Source of the DNA: Candidatus Poribacteria bacterium
GTDB taxonomy: Bacteria; Poribacteria; WGA-4E; WGA-3G
Assembly: GCA_963665235.2 (NCBI GenBank)
Contig: CAXXLX010000001.1
Location: 3,648,001 to 3,712,000, forward strand
Length of the DNA stretch: 64,000 nt
Reading direction: 5' to 3'
Shown: positions 20,238 through 29,572 of the stretch, piece by piece
Position numbering within the stretch: the stretch's first letter is position 1
Layout: each line of letters starts with the position of its first letter
Made by a program: the position numbers and the translations under genes
The notes under the pieces: model-generated
What the model saw: the letters and a program-made list of their open reading frames with translations, nothing else
The model's database searches: none
What the model was told of the DNA's origin: nothing

Positions 20238-20266
20238 ATTATATATCCTCCGCTAAAATCTGTCAA
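20238..20266 (-). promoter_or_regulatory. perfect sigma70 consensus overlapping the RBS of cassette gene 1
   Basis: TTGACA-GATTTTAGCGGAGGATA-TATAAT (17-nt spacer containing GGAGG). Confidence 0.7.
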
Positions 20267-20490
20267 GTTGCCTCGAAGCGTTAATTGTTCCGTTATAGCT
20301 TATCGTTGTGCACAGTCCGCTTTCGCGCAAGAATAACATGCTTTGAAGCATGCGCCACTGCAACGAAAAAAGCCCGTGACACGAGACACGTCGTGTGAGA
20401 CGAAGTGCCTGTCCGGGCGCGAAGATATCGCAGCGACTAACGTCTGCGCTGTGACTTTGTAAATTGAAATAATTAACGATTGCGAAATAA

Positions 20491-20628
20491 CTAAGGGGGG
20501 GGGGATGTTATCGAAGAGTTAAAACACATCGAAAATAGCACGCGCTGACCTAGCCTGCTCCTGCACAGAAAACAGGCGGCAGCGACTATGACATTCTCTG
20601 TTGTGGTGTTAATATGTCCGTTTCGCAT
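20491..20628 (-). CDS. candidate leader ORF ending in a poly-C10 tract (45 aa; 124 aa with C9)
   Basis: GGGGG RBS-like element, ATG 20628, C10 at 20495-20504. Confidence 0.4.
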   Translation of the reverse strand: MRNGHINTTTENVIVAAACFLCRSRLGQRVLFSMCFNSSITSPPP

Positions 20629-20866
20629 TTATCAATTCCCCCGTGCCGTGCGGTAAAATATGACTTGTAGCACGGCAACTTTCAACTTGCTACCAAAGTT
20701 ATGTCACATGCACCTAATATCCTGAACTATAATGAATTACGTTTGTCCCCGCACTTCGGTTACATACAAAAAATATCAACCCACTCTTCCACCCTGCTAC
20801 CCCACCGTTTTTTCTTGACAATTGAACGTGTTAGGGTGTATCATGACATGAAATTTATTGAGGAAT

Positions 20867-21748
20867 ATGGATGCAATCGTGCAGACTCCACTATATCAGT
20901 TTTATACGAAAAAAGAGGTAGCAGGAGCATGCTGGAAACATTTCGTGGAAACCCTCCCATCCCTAAATAGAACGGTCGATGCGCTGTTTTTCGTAGAGCC
21001 TTCCGCTGGCACCGGAGCGTTTTACGAACGTTTGCCCCAGCATCGTAGGTTGGGAATAGATATTGCCCCGAAATGTAAGGATGTGATACCGCAAGATTTT
21101 TTTATGGTGACCCACCTCCCGTTCAAACCGCGAGACACCGTTGTTATCGGGAATCCACCGTTTGGTAAACGCGGAAAATTAGCGATAGCTTTTTTTAATC
21201 ACGCCGCCACGATGGCAGATATTGTCGCCTTTATTGTACCTGTCAATTTCCGAAAGTTTACTGTCCATAAGCAGCTCAATGCTAGCATGCGGCTTATCGG
21301 AAAATTGGCACTGCCAAGAGATGCCTTTCAAGACGACACCGGTAAACCGCTTTCGGTCAATACAGAGTTTCAGATATGGACTCGAACGGCAAGCGAACAT
21401 CGGGACATGCGACAATATAAACGTTTACCGATATCTCATCAAGATTTTCAGATATGGCAATATAATAACACGCCTGCTGCACTGAAGGTGTTTCAGAATA
21501 CGTTTGACTTTGCCGTACCGTGTCAGGGATGGCAAGATTATTCCCGAAAAGAGACAGATGAAAAGCGGTGTGAACGGAATAAACAGTGGATTCTGATAAA
21601 AGCAAATAACGCCAACGTCTTAGCGCGGTTGAGACGTATCAATTACGAACAGCTCGCGGAAGAATGTGGCACGGCTGTCCCCGGATTCCGAAAGGGTGAC
21701 CTAGTAAAAGCCTATTCAGAACTTCCGGATGTTCAACCGAAACAGTAG
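20867..21748 (+). CDS. solitary amino-(N6A/N4C) DNA methyltransferase-like protein
   Basis: QFYT, motif I VEPSAGTG, motif IV GNPPFG; upstream TTGACA-18-TATCAT at 20815-20844. Confidence 0.85.
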   Translation: MDAIVQTPLYQFYTKKEVAGACWKHFVETLPSLNRTVDALFFVEPSAGTGAFYERLPQHRRLGIDIAPKCKDVIPQDFFMVTHLPFKPRDTVVIGNPPFGKRGKLAIAFFNHAATMADIVAFIVPVNFRKFTVHKQLNASMRLIGKLALPRDAFQDDTGKPLSVNTEFQIWTRTASEHRDMRQYKRLPISHQDFQIWQYNNTPAALKVFQNTFDFAVPCQGWQDYSRKETDEKRCERNKQWILIKANNANVLARLRRINYEQLAEECGTAVPGFRKGDLVKAYSELPDVQPKQ

Positions 21749-22742
21749 GAGAAATTTGAACACGAAGCGACTTCGGAGAATTGCCAGAATCGTTTTACCG
21801 ACAGCCCTGGCAATTGTTATCAGCTACTTTCTTTTAAAAGAGATTGATGTCAAAGAGATACCGAAAACCCTCAGCCGTTTGTCAAAACAGGCAGTGTTAA
21901 TCGGGTTCGGGTGTTATTGTCTGCTTGTCTGGGCAAAATCTTTACGATTTCGGGCACTGCTCGGGCTCGAGTGTGGGACGTATCAGATTTTTCCAATCTT
22001 AGCGTTACACACGTTTTGGGGCAATTTTCTCCCGATGCGGACAGGCGACCTCTCTTATATCTATCTGATGCAACGGCGACAGAACGTAGAGGCAACACAG
22101 GGTATCGCTTCACTTCTGATTGCTAGCCTGATTGACCTTGTCCTGCTAATCGGTTTGATGGTTACCACCGCCTCGCTGCTGCTTTCAAAATTGAGCGGCA
22201 AACTTCCCTGGACCTTCCTCTATCTCATGCCGCTGATAATCGGGATAGGGTTGATAACGGTGATAGTTTTCGCGTGCGTTGCACCTAACGTTTGTAACAC
22301 GCTCGCCTCTATATGTGCCAAACCGCTATTGCGTCTAAAGAGGGCCCCTCTCAGCTGGGTTGTCAACAAAGGTTTGACAGTGCTTCAGGAAATCACAGCG
22401 TTTCGGTTGAACCTGCGTTTTCTGAAAGTTTGGATGTATTCCGTCCTATGTCTTGCAATCCGCTTTGGGTTTCAGTGCTATCTTGTCGTTGAGATGGGGG
22501 TTGATATTCCGCTGACTGAAGTGCTGTTCGCGCTTGCATTTACAAACGGTTTTAACCTTTTACCGATTCAGACCGTCGGGAACTTCGGAACGACCGAATT
22601 TCCGTTTGTCTGGTTGTTATCACTTTTCGGTACATCGAAAGAGACCGCCACCGTCACAGGGTTTAGTTTGCATCTGCTGATTCTGCTCTACTGCCTGCCG
22701 TTAGGTGTATACGGCTTCTTCAGAAAACCGAAGGAGAAATAA
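21729..22742 (+). CDS. lysylphosphatidylglycerol synthase TM/flippase-like (UPF0104) membrane protein
   Basis: LP.RTGDL.YIY, P.QTVGNFGTTE, multiple TM helices. Confidence 0.85.
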   Translation: MFNRNSRRNLNTKRLRRIARIVLPTALAIVISYFLLKEIDVKEIPKTLSRLSKQAVLIGFGCYCLLVWAKSLRFRALLGLECGTYQIFPILALHTFWGNFLPMRTGDLSYIYLMQRRQNVEATQGIASLLIASLIDLVLLIGLMVTTASLLLSKLSGKLPWTFLYLMPLIIGIGLITVIVFACVAPNVCNTLASICAKPLLRLKRAPLSWVVNKGLTVLQEITAFRLNLRFLKVWMYSVLCLAIRFGFQCYLVVEMGVDIPLTEVLFALAFTNGFNLLPIQTVGNFGTTEFPFVWLLSLFGTSKETATVTGFSLHLLILLYCLPLGVYGFFRKPKEK

Positions 22743-22743
22743 A

Positions 22744-23565
22744 ATGAGAATTATCGACCCACACGTTCATGTGTGGAAAAATGATGCCCGATTTCCCTGG
22801 GCACCCGAAACGAGAAGACCCCCCGCCGAGGATGCTACAGCAGAAATGTTGATGGCGTTGATGGAAGAAAATGGCGTTGAAAAAACTGTACTGGTACAGG
22901 TCATTCACTATCGCTGGGATAATAGCTACGCCGCAGATGCCATGAAACGGTACCCGGATAAGTTCATGGGTGTTTGCCGAATTAATCCGGAAGACCCGGA
23001 GGCACCAGCACATCTCAGTCGGTGGACAGAGGAGGCGGGGTTTCACGGCGTTCGCTTGAGCCCCTCTGTTGGGCCCGATGGTGATTGGTTCACCGGCCCC
23101 CTCATGCCGCCTATCTTTAGCCGGGCGGAAGCACTCGGTGTCCCGATGCTGCTTCTTACGAGGGCAGAACGTTTGGTAGACCTCGTTCCACTCTTAGAAA
23201 AATACAGTGACCTCGATGTCATAATCGATCACATGGCAGATTGTTCGCCTGACGCGCCTGAAAAACTGCAATTGCTCCTGAACCTCGCACGGTTTCCCCG
23301 TGTCTATGTGAAGATTAGCCATACCTGGTCCATCTCTAAAACGGATTACCCGTGGGCTGATACACATGAACAGGTTAAGAAGGTATATCACACCTTTGGA
23401 GGCAACCGAATCATGTGGGGGACCGATTGGCCCGTCTGTCTAAGCAGAGCAAGTTATGCCCAAACCCTGTCTGTCGTTAGAGATGAAATGGATTTTTTTA
23501 CACCGGAAGATAGGGAATGGGTGCTTGGGAAAACAGCACTGCAACTCTGGCGATTCAAAGCCTAA
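22744..23565 (+). CDS. amidohydrolase 2 family protein
   Basis: IIDPHVHVW, IDH, MWGTDWP. Confidence 0.93.
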   Translation: MRIIDPHVHVWKNDARFPWAPETRRPPAEDATAEMLMALMEENGVEKTVLVQVIHYRWDNSYAADAMKRYPDKFMGVCRINPEDPEAPAHLSRWTEEAGFHGVRLSPSVGPDGDWFTGPLMPPIFSRAEALGVPMLLLTRAERLVDLVPLLEKYSDLDVIIDHMADCSPDAPEKLQLLLNLARFPRVYVKISHTWSISKTDYPWADTHEQVKKVYHTFGGNRIMWGTDWPVCLSRASYAQTLSVVRDEMDFFTPEDREWVLGKTALQLWRFKA

Positions 23566-23587
23566 GTCAGATATTTGTAAAAGATTC

Positions 23588-23616
23588 TTGACATCCCGAC
23601 AGTTTCCTGCTATAAT
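23588..23616 (+). promoter_or_regulatory. perfect sigma70 promoter with extended -10
   Basis: TTGACA-17 nt-TATAAT, with TGn before the -10. Confidence 0.75.
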
Positions 23617-23660
23617 AATTGAATGGTATCTGATGAATCGATTGGTAAAGATAGGCTAGA

Positions 23661-23897
23661 ATGGATTTTGAAATCGTTGGAGAAATCAAGCAGATCGAAA
23701 CAATTAGTCGCGGCAATGGTATTCGGAATCACGCGCGTTTAGAACGTCAATACGGCTCAGGTAGGTGGCGTAAGCTAAAGGGAGTAGCATACGTCCAGTT
23801 GGTTGATGGTTCAGTCCATCTTGCTGAGATCCATTGGTATCAAGCTGACAACATTGGCAAGAGAGAATTTAAAATTAAACTCCCGTTTCTTGATTGA
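23661..23897 (+). CDS. small basic hypothetical protein (first of a two-gene pair)
   Basis: 78 aa, G.G.WRKLKG..AEIHWY; overlaps the next gene. Confidence 0.8.
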   Translation: MDFEIVGEIKQIETISRGNGIRNHARLERQYGSGRWRKLKGVAYVQLVDGSVHLAEIHWYQADNIGKREFKIKLPFLD

Positions 23898-24136
23898 AGA
23901 TGGACAAAAAAGAGAATCAATTTCCGCAATTTGGTCTGTGTCTTAATAATGAAGGGTACACCGCCTCTCTTGAGGTAGGAAAAGTGTATCGCGTTATCCC
24001 TGATGATCAAGCAGGAGCTCATGGCTATATTCGCGTCGTAGACGAAAGCGGTGAAGATTACGCCTATGCGGCCAACCGTTTTCACTTAATTCAACTGCCC
24101 ATCGCTGTTGAAAAAGCACTGTTGTCCGCCCGGTGA
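23894..24136 (+). CDS. small hypothetical protein (second of the pair)
   Basis: 80 aa, CLNNEGY.ASLE.GKVY..IRVVDESGEDY.Y. Confidence 0.8.
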   Translation: MKMDKKENQFPQFGLCLNNEGYTASLEVGKVYRVIPDDQAGAHGYIRVVDESGEDYAYAANRFHLIQLPIAVEKALLSAR

Positions 24137-24278
24137 GTAAGACCGAAAAAACCCTTGATAATTGGGACAGGAAAACCGAACCGCTCATCCTGTCTCTGAC
24201 GATTTTAAAACGATTGACAAATTTTGTGACGTGTGCTATCATAGTTTCAAACACATAATCGTTGCGGAGGAAAAGACT

Positions 24279-24638
24279 ATGCCGTTTTGTCCACAGTGCG
24301 ACACGGAATATCAAAAGAACATCTCAACATGTCCAGATTGCAAAGAGGATGTTATCCCTAGCACTGCACCAACCCAAGGTACGGAACATGTTGACTGGTA
24401 CGCTGTTGAGTCTGTGCCGGATGAGGTCGCTGGCAATATCCTCAAAAGTGTTTTGGAGAATGAAGGAATTGATGTCTATTTACGCTCCCATGATATGCCC
24501 GCCCTCGGTGGCGTAATGGGAAATGCAGCGAAATCCGAATGGGGAGATATCCTTGTACCGACAAATTGCGTCGCTCATGCACAGGAATGCCTCAAGACCT
24601 ATTTTGAGTCAATACGGGAGAACGTTGACACGAATTGA
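24279..24638 (+). CDS. zinc-ribbon + DUF2007-like protein
   Basis: FCPQC..CPDC, A.ILKSVLENEGI, ILVP; promoter TTGACA-17-TATCAT at 24214-24242. Confidence 0.85.
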   Translation: MPFCPQCDTEYQKNISTCPDCKEDVIPSTAPTQGTEHVDWYAVESVPDEVAGNILKSVLENEGIDVYLRSHDMPALGGVMGNAAKSEWGDILVPTNCVAHAQECLKTYFESIRENVDTN

Positions 24639-24646
24639 CCTAAACC

Positions 24647-24799
24647 AACGTGAGCTTGATAATAAATATCCGTTTGCTCCAAACCTTTTTCACCGCGAAA
24701 AAAGCAGCATAATGGTAGCACATACTTCCTAGTTTGTGCGGTTTTTTGCTAAAACTACCAGAGAACGCTCTAGGTCAAAACTTTTTTCAAACTCGCGTT
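24647..24799. mobile_element. 153-bp MITE, family B, with terminal inverted repeats and a 5-bp target-site duplication
   Basis: AACGTGAGCTTGA...TCAAACTCGCGTT flanked by AAACC on both sides; internal REP GTAGCACATACTTCCTAGTTTGTGC. Confidence 0.75.
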
Positions 24800-24821
24800 A
24801 AACCATTTTCTGTAGTCCGTT

Positions 24822-26033
24822 ATGACCTATTTTTTCCAAAACTTGCAAGCTGCTGCTATCACTTTGAGACGCTTACAAGTTTGCACTATTTTACTGATTT
24901 TTATTGCAAGTTCGCCTATCGTTTTCGGTGATGTTTATCGCGTCAAGAAAGGGGATACCCTACTTATTGCGGTGATTGGCCAGCCTGAGTATACCTATTC
25001 TGTGCAGGTACGCGAAGATGGGATGATTAGCTATTTCGGCGGCGATTTGGAGGTTGCTGGACAGACAGTTGCAGAAGTCAATCAACAGATTCGTGATTTC
25101 CTCGTGAGAGAGAAGCTCGTCAATAATCCTGTCGTTATGGTGTCTCCAGTGTTGCAAGAAAATAGTATCTATGTGGGAGGTGCTGTAAAAACACCGGGGC
25201 GATACGCTATATCCCCCGAGACCGACATCGGTTTGTACCGGGCGATTGCGCTTGCTGGCGGAACGGCTGAAAATGCTGACACCCAACAAGTTCAACTCAT
25301 CCGATTTGCCAATAGCAGCGGACAGAATCCCCTTAATACGCCTAAGGACAACACATCACAAGCGAAGGTTACAACTTACGACCTGTCAACAAATCGACCT
25401 TACCGTGATGTTCGTGTGAACGTCAAGGATTTGGTGTTCGTGATGCCGCTCAGCGTCGTTGAGGTGCAAGGAGAGGTAAAGGTGCCGGGAAAGCTGTTTA
25501 TCCGTGATAAAATCAGCATTGCGGACGCTTTAGCGCGTGCCGGGGGGTTAACGGAAGCAGGCGACCTGAACGCGCTTGTGAAAGTTAGTAAGGATGGCTC
25601 CCTCTCCGAATTCAGTGTGACAGAACAGTTTTGGAAACCCACAGATGCTAACGGGATGAACATCTCTCTATCCGATGGGGATGTGCTGTTTGTGCCGAAC
25701 GCTTTCAAGATAGAGTTTATCTATGTGAACGGTTATGTACGTACCCCTGGGGCACAACGTGTCCGCGGACCGACTACGCTGGCGAAGGTAATTGCATTGG
25801 CGGGCGGGTTTGAAGATGCTGCGAACCGCAAAGAGGTCCGTATTCACCGCGCGGATGGCACGAGTATAAAACACGTTTTTACTACTAATAAAGAGGGAAA
25901 ATCAATTTTACTTTATCCAGGGGACATCGTAGAGGTAGACAAACGGTTTCAGATAAATTGGAGTTTAGTGAGCACTATCGCTTCTACGGCTATCGGGTTG
26001 ACCTATCTGATTATTAATTTGACAGGTAATTAA
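24822..26033 (+). CDS. polysaccharide export (Wza-like) protein with SLBB domains
   Basis: Y.V..GD.L, V.EDG.IS, three V.G.V..PG...ALA.AGG repeats. Confidence 0.9.
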   Translation: MTYFFQNLQAAAITLRRLQVCTILLIFIASSPIVFGDVYRVKKGDTLLIAVIGQPEYTYSVQVREDGMISYFGGDLEVAGQTVAEVNQQIRDFLVREKLVNNPVVMVSPVLQENSIYVGGAVKTPGRYAISPETDIGLYRAIALAGGTAENADTQQVQLIRFANSSGQNPLNTPKDNTSQAKVTTYDLSTNRPYRDVRVNVKDLVFVMPLSVVEVQGEVKVPGKLFIRDKISIADALARAGGLTEAGDLNALVKVSKDGSLSEFSVTEQFWKPTDANGMNISLSDGDVLFVPNAFKIEFIYVNGYVRTPGAQRVRGPTTLAKVIALAGGFEDAANRKEVRIHRADGTSIKHVFTTNKEGKSILLYPGDIVEVDKRFQINWSLVSTIASTAIGLTYLIINLTGN

Positions 26034-26052
26034 GACGAGCTGTTAATTGTTC

Positions 26053-26253
26053 ACTATAGTTTGGACAATATCTATGAACCTGATGCCCGATTTGCAAAGC
26101 GTCTCTGATTTTTCTAAAAGTTTCTCACACAAGGACAAATAATGGGAAAATAGAATATGATGTGCGAAAGCGCAGCCCCAGCGGGGCGGAATGTTTATAG
26201 AAGGACGCAACCCCTACACAATCTAGCCCCATCGGGGCGATATGTTTATAGAA
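26053..26253. repeat. family-D end (ACTATAGTTTGGACAAT) plus two GCCCC-N3-GGGGC REP-like units
   Basis: 26053..26115 is an inverted homolog of 29883..29947; AGCCCCAGCGGGGCGGAATGTTTATAG and AGCCCCATCGGGGCGATATGTTTATAG. Confidence 0.7.
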
Positions 26254-26329
26254 TTTTCTTACCAAATAACACAAAAATATGATATAATAAATTTGAACTT
26301 TAGCAACGCGGAGAAAAACGGAAACATCT

Positions 26330-27265
26330 ATGAATCAACTTTTTGCTTACCTATGCATTGTCATCTTTGTCCTTGCATGCATGCCCGCGGCAGCGGCAGA
26401 TAACACAGATATCCACGAGAACGCTGGCACCCGCGCGATGACGTTTCTCAAGATCGGCGTGGGCGCGAAGGCGATGGGGATGGGAGAATCTCAAGTCGCC
26501 AGCACGAATGACCTTTACGCCTCCTATTGGAATCCCGCGGGGTTGGCAAAACTACAGGGGCCACAACTCGGTCTGATGCACAATGAATGGTTCGCTGGGA
26601 TTAACCATGAATTCGTCGGGTTCGCGTTTCCCGTTAGCAGTTTAGGCACCCTCGGTGGAAGTGTGAGTTTTCTCTCCTTCGGCGATTTGCAGGGACGGGA
26701 TGCGGATGGAAATGAGACGACTATTTTCCGTCCCTACGATTTAGCCTTGATTCTCTCCTACGCGCGTGCGCTCAGCAGTGCGTTATCTATCGGTGCGAAC
26801 GCAAAATTCCTGCATGAACAAATTGCTGACGACAGTGGAAGCGGTATTGCCTTCGATTTCGGTGGGTTATACACCTTTTCTGAATTGCCGCTCTCATTCG
26901 GGTTCAGTGCACAACATCTGGGTCCGCGTGTAAAGTTCATAGAGGAGGCGTTCGGGTTACCTGTCACCTTCAGATTGGGTGCGGCCTATAGGCTCTGGAA
27001 TGATGCCCTTACACTAACGATGGATATGATTCGTCCATCTGATAACGACATCGCCGCTGCGATTGGTACCAACTATAGGATATTGAACATCTTGCAGCTC
27101 CGCACCGGGTATAAGTACAAGATGGGTGGCAACGATTTAGGCGCGATGTCAGGGCTTGCAGGTGGGTTTGGACTTACCCTCCGCATATTCCAGATGGATT
27201 ACGCCTTAGTGCCGTTCGGTGTATTAGGGTTGACGCACAGGTTTTCATTAGTTGCCAGTTTCTAG
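26330..27265 (+). CDS. PorV/PorQ-family outer-membrane beta-barrel
   Basis: signal peptide, FLKIGVGAKAMGMGE, YWNPAGL, alternating beta strands, C-terminal THRFSL...F. Confidence 0.88.
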   Translation: MNQLFAYLCIVIFVLACMPAAAADNTDIHENAGTRAMTFLKIGVGAKAMGMGESQVASTNDLYASYWNPAGLAKLQGPQLGLMHNEWFAGINHEFVGFAFPVSSLGTLGGSVSFLSFGDLQGRDADGNETTIFRPYDLALILSYARALSSALSIGANAKFLHEQIADDSGSGIAFDFGGLYTFSELPLSFGFSAQHLGPRVKFIEEAFGLPVTFRLGAAYRLWNDALTLTMDMIRPSDNDIAAAIGTNYRILNILQLRTGYKYKMGGNDLGAMSGLAGGFGLTLRIFQMDYALVPFGVLGLTHRFSLVASF

Positions 27266-27280
27266 CGGTTGACGACAACG

Positions 27281-27973
27281 TTATTCAGCGGCTGCCCTAA
27301 TAAACGTTTCAAACAGTTTACGCCTATGTTTCCGAAACTCGGCTGTGTCAGTCATTCGTTCCGGGTGATATTGCACCCCGATTGCGAACTGTTTTGAGGG
27401 AGCTTCTATCGCTTCAATGATACCATCGGTTGACCGTGCGGTCACGACAAAACCCTCCCCAATCTCGTCTAACGCTTGGTGGTGCGCTGAATTGACTACG
27501 GCTTGATGTGCTGCAATGATTTCGCTTAACCGACTGCCGGGCTCAATCTCAATCTCATGCTGAGAATCCTTACCCTTTACCTTTTTATGGGGGAGTGCGT
27601 CCTGTCGATATTCAGTTTTTATATCTTGATAAAGGCTTCCGCCTGTTGCCACATTCATAATCTGTATACCCCGGCAAACCCCGAAGACAGGGATATCGGC
27701 ATCTAGTGCCTCTTGGCAGAGCGGTATTTCCAGGGCATCCCGTTTTTCGTCAACATATAGAAGTTTTGGATGCCACGCCTGATTGAAATGGTCAGGGTGA
27801 ATATCACCGCCGCCTGTTAGCAGTAGACCATCCATCTCACCGAGTGCCACCTCCGGTCCGTCTGGAAACAGAATGATCGGGGTCCCGTTATATTCTTCAA
27901 CTGCACGGATATAATTCGTGGGATGTGAGCGGTCTTCACCATTTTTACATGTAATTCCGATAATTGGGCGCAT
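27281..27973 (-). CDS. gamma-glutamyl-GABA hydrolase family (peptidase C26)
   Basis: DGLLLTGGGDI, GVCRGIQ, VNSAHHQA, GVQYHPE. Confidence 0.93.
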   Translation of the reverse strand: MRPIIGITCKNGEDRSHPTNYIRAVEEYNGTPIILFPDGPEVALGEMDGLLLTGGGDIHPDHFNQAWHPKLLYVDEKRDALEIPLCQEALDADIPVFGVCRGIQIMNVATGGSLYQDIKTEYRQDALPHKKVKGKDSQHEIEIEPGSRLSEIIAAHQAVVNSAHHQALDEIGEGFVVTARSTDGIIEAIEAPSKQFAIGVQYHPERMTDTAEFRKHRRKLFETFIRAAAE

Positions 27974-28128
27974 GTGTAAAATCTCCTTTCAAAGTTGTTT
28001 TTAAAGTATATCCTATTTTGAACGCGGATAGCAAGCACATCTGCGTTCAAAATTGAAATTTTACCAAACTTTAGCTTGACAACTGTCAAATTTTATTGTA
28101 CAATATTTTTAGCTATGGAGGTGTAATT

Positions 28129-28485
28129 ATGACAAACAATGATCGCATGACAAATAATGAACCTATGACTCCTGAGGACCACTGGGGAGGCCCGGTCGCG
28201 CTGAGTCCTAATGGTCAGTGGATTTCTTTGCGGGAAGTGGTAGAAGAAGAACCTGCAAGGTTTTCGTTTGTTCAATTGTCTGCTGATCAAAAGTCGGAAT
28301 TGGTTGCGGAGCGTATCACGCGACGTCCTCGATTTGATGTGGGTGTGATAGGTCTCGGGATGATAAGCAGAAAACGTGCTATTAACGAAGTAAAGGCACG
28401 AACGCGTTTAGGGCTCACGTTAATCGATATAGAGCGGCGAATGATTGCCCGCCTCATCGAACTTGCACATGAAGGAAAACTTTGA
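28129..28485 (+). CDS. hypothetical protein
   Basis: GGAGG RBS; promoter TTGACA-17-TACAAT at 28076-28104. Confidence 0.75.
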   Translation: MTNNDRMTNNEPMTPEDHWGGPVALSPNGQWISLREVVEEEPARFSFVQLSADQKSELVAERITRRPRFDVGVIGLGMISRKRAINEVKARTRLGLTLIDIERRMIARLIELAHEGKL

Positions 28486-28566
28486 CAGAACCTGATGCGC
28501 TGATTCAAAAGATTATAACCTCAAAATCAGCGCAATCTGTGATTTAGACAACATGTGCTGTCTAAC

Positions 28567-28632
28567 CCTTCCACTCTTCCACTCTTCCACCCTTCCACTC
28601 TTCCACCCTTCCACTCTTCCAATCTTCCATCC
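28567..28632. repeat. CTTCCA(C/A)(T/C) octamer tandem repeat, about 8 copies
   Basis: seen directly; the same octamer occurs near 8000, 29610, 49340, 50480 and 63095. Confidence 0.9.
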
Positions 28633-28691
28633 CAATCATCCAATCCGAATTACGTTTGCTTTAGCAACCGTCCACATGATATAATTAGCAC

Positions 28692-29513
28692 ATGGCATTT
28701 ACATTGAACGAAATTCCTAGAAAAGAAATATCTATTACAGCAAACGGTGAGCCGGTTCTCACCTACTGCTGCGGCGATTCGGTAGACCGCTCCTATTTTC
28801 ATCCGCTTTACGCGCCAAATGGACAGGTCGTAACGGCAGATGCGGACGTTAGTCAACAGCATCCGCCGGGCGTGTGCTTTACATTCGGCACCATCAACGA
28901 CGAAAGCGGAGAGGTTATTCAGATGCATCGCAACGTTTTGGGACTTGATGAGCTTCTGTCCACACCTACATCTAAACCTACGGTGGGGCGCGTCACATTC
29001 ACTATCGTGACAGCATGGAACGCCCCGGAGCCTCTCCTGATAGAAACCCGCATGGTGACGGTTCACCCGCTTCAACAGGACATGCGGATTCTTGATGTAT
29101 CAGTAATACTCCACGCTCGCTCTCAGCCCATCGTGTTTTCGGACGATATTGGGCTAAGCTATCACGCTACCGAGATGGAGCATAGGAAAACTGCAAATGC
29201 AAACGGGCAGCTTGGCGAGTCGGAAGTGAATGGGCAATTATCGGAGTGGGGGACACTTTGCGGTATCGCAGCGGATACCGCTATCGGTGTGGCTATTCTT
29301 CCACACCCAGCAAACGGAGAAACACGGTTTACAGCGGCAGATGTATACGACGGTTTTCTGATTGCACATACCGCCCCCTTTACGTTGGCTTTCAAGAAGA
29401 CGCGCAGACTAGCCTATCGCTTGCTTATCTATAACGGCGACCTGTTTACTGTGGACATAGCGAATCGCTACCGCGGCTATCTATCCACAATGCGACGAGC
29501 GGCTATATACTAG
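28692..29513 (+). CDS. PmoA-family/DUF6807-like protein
   Basis: YFHPLYAPNGQVVT, H..GV.F, I..HPAN. Confidence 0.75.
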   Translation: MAFTLNEIPRKEISITANGEPVLTYCCGDSVDRSYFHPLYAPNGQVVTADADVSQQHPPGVCFTFGTINDESGEVIQMHRNVLGLDELLSTPTSKPTVGRVTFTIVTAWNAPEPLLIETRMVTVHPLQQDMRILDVSVILHARSQPIVFSDDIGLSYHATEMEHRKTANANGQLGESEVNGQLSEWGTLCGIAADTAIGVAILPHPANGETRFTAADVYDGFLIAHTAPFTLAFKKTRRLAYRLLIYNGDLFTVDIANRYRGYLSTMRRAAIY

Positions 29514-29572
29514 AAACAAAAATATTTGCATTTCGTCCAAAAATGTGGTATCATTAGGTATAAATTACTAAA

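Noticed and set aside
18120-20700. Prophage or integrative element carrying the cassette
   Set aside because: No integrase, att repeats or phage genes are visible around either copy
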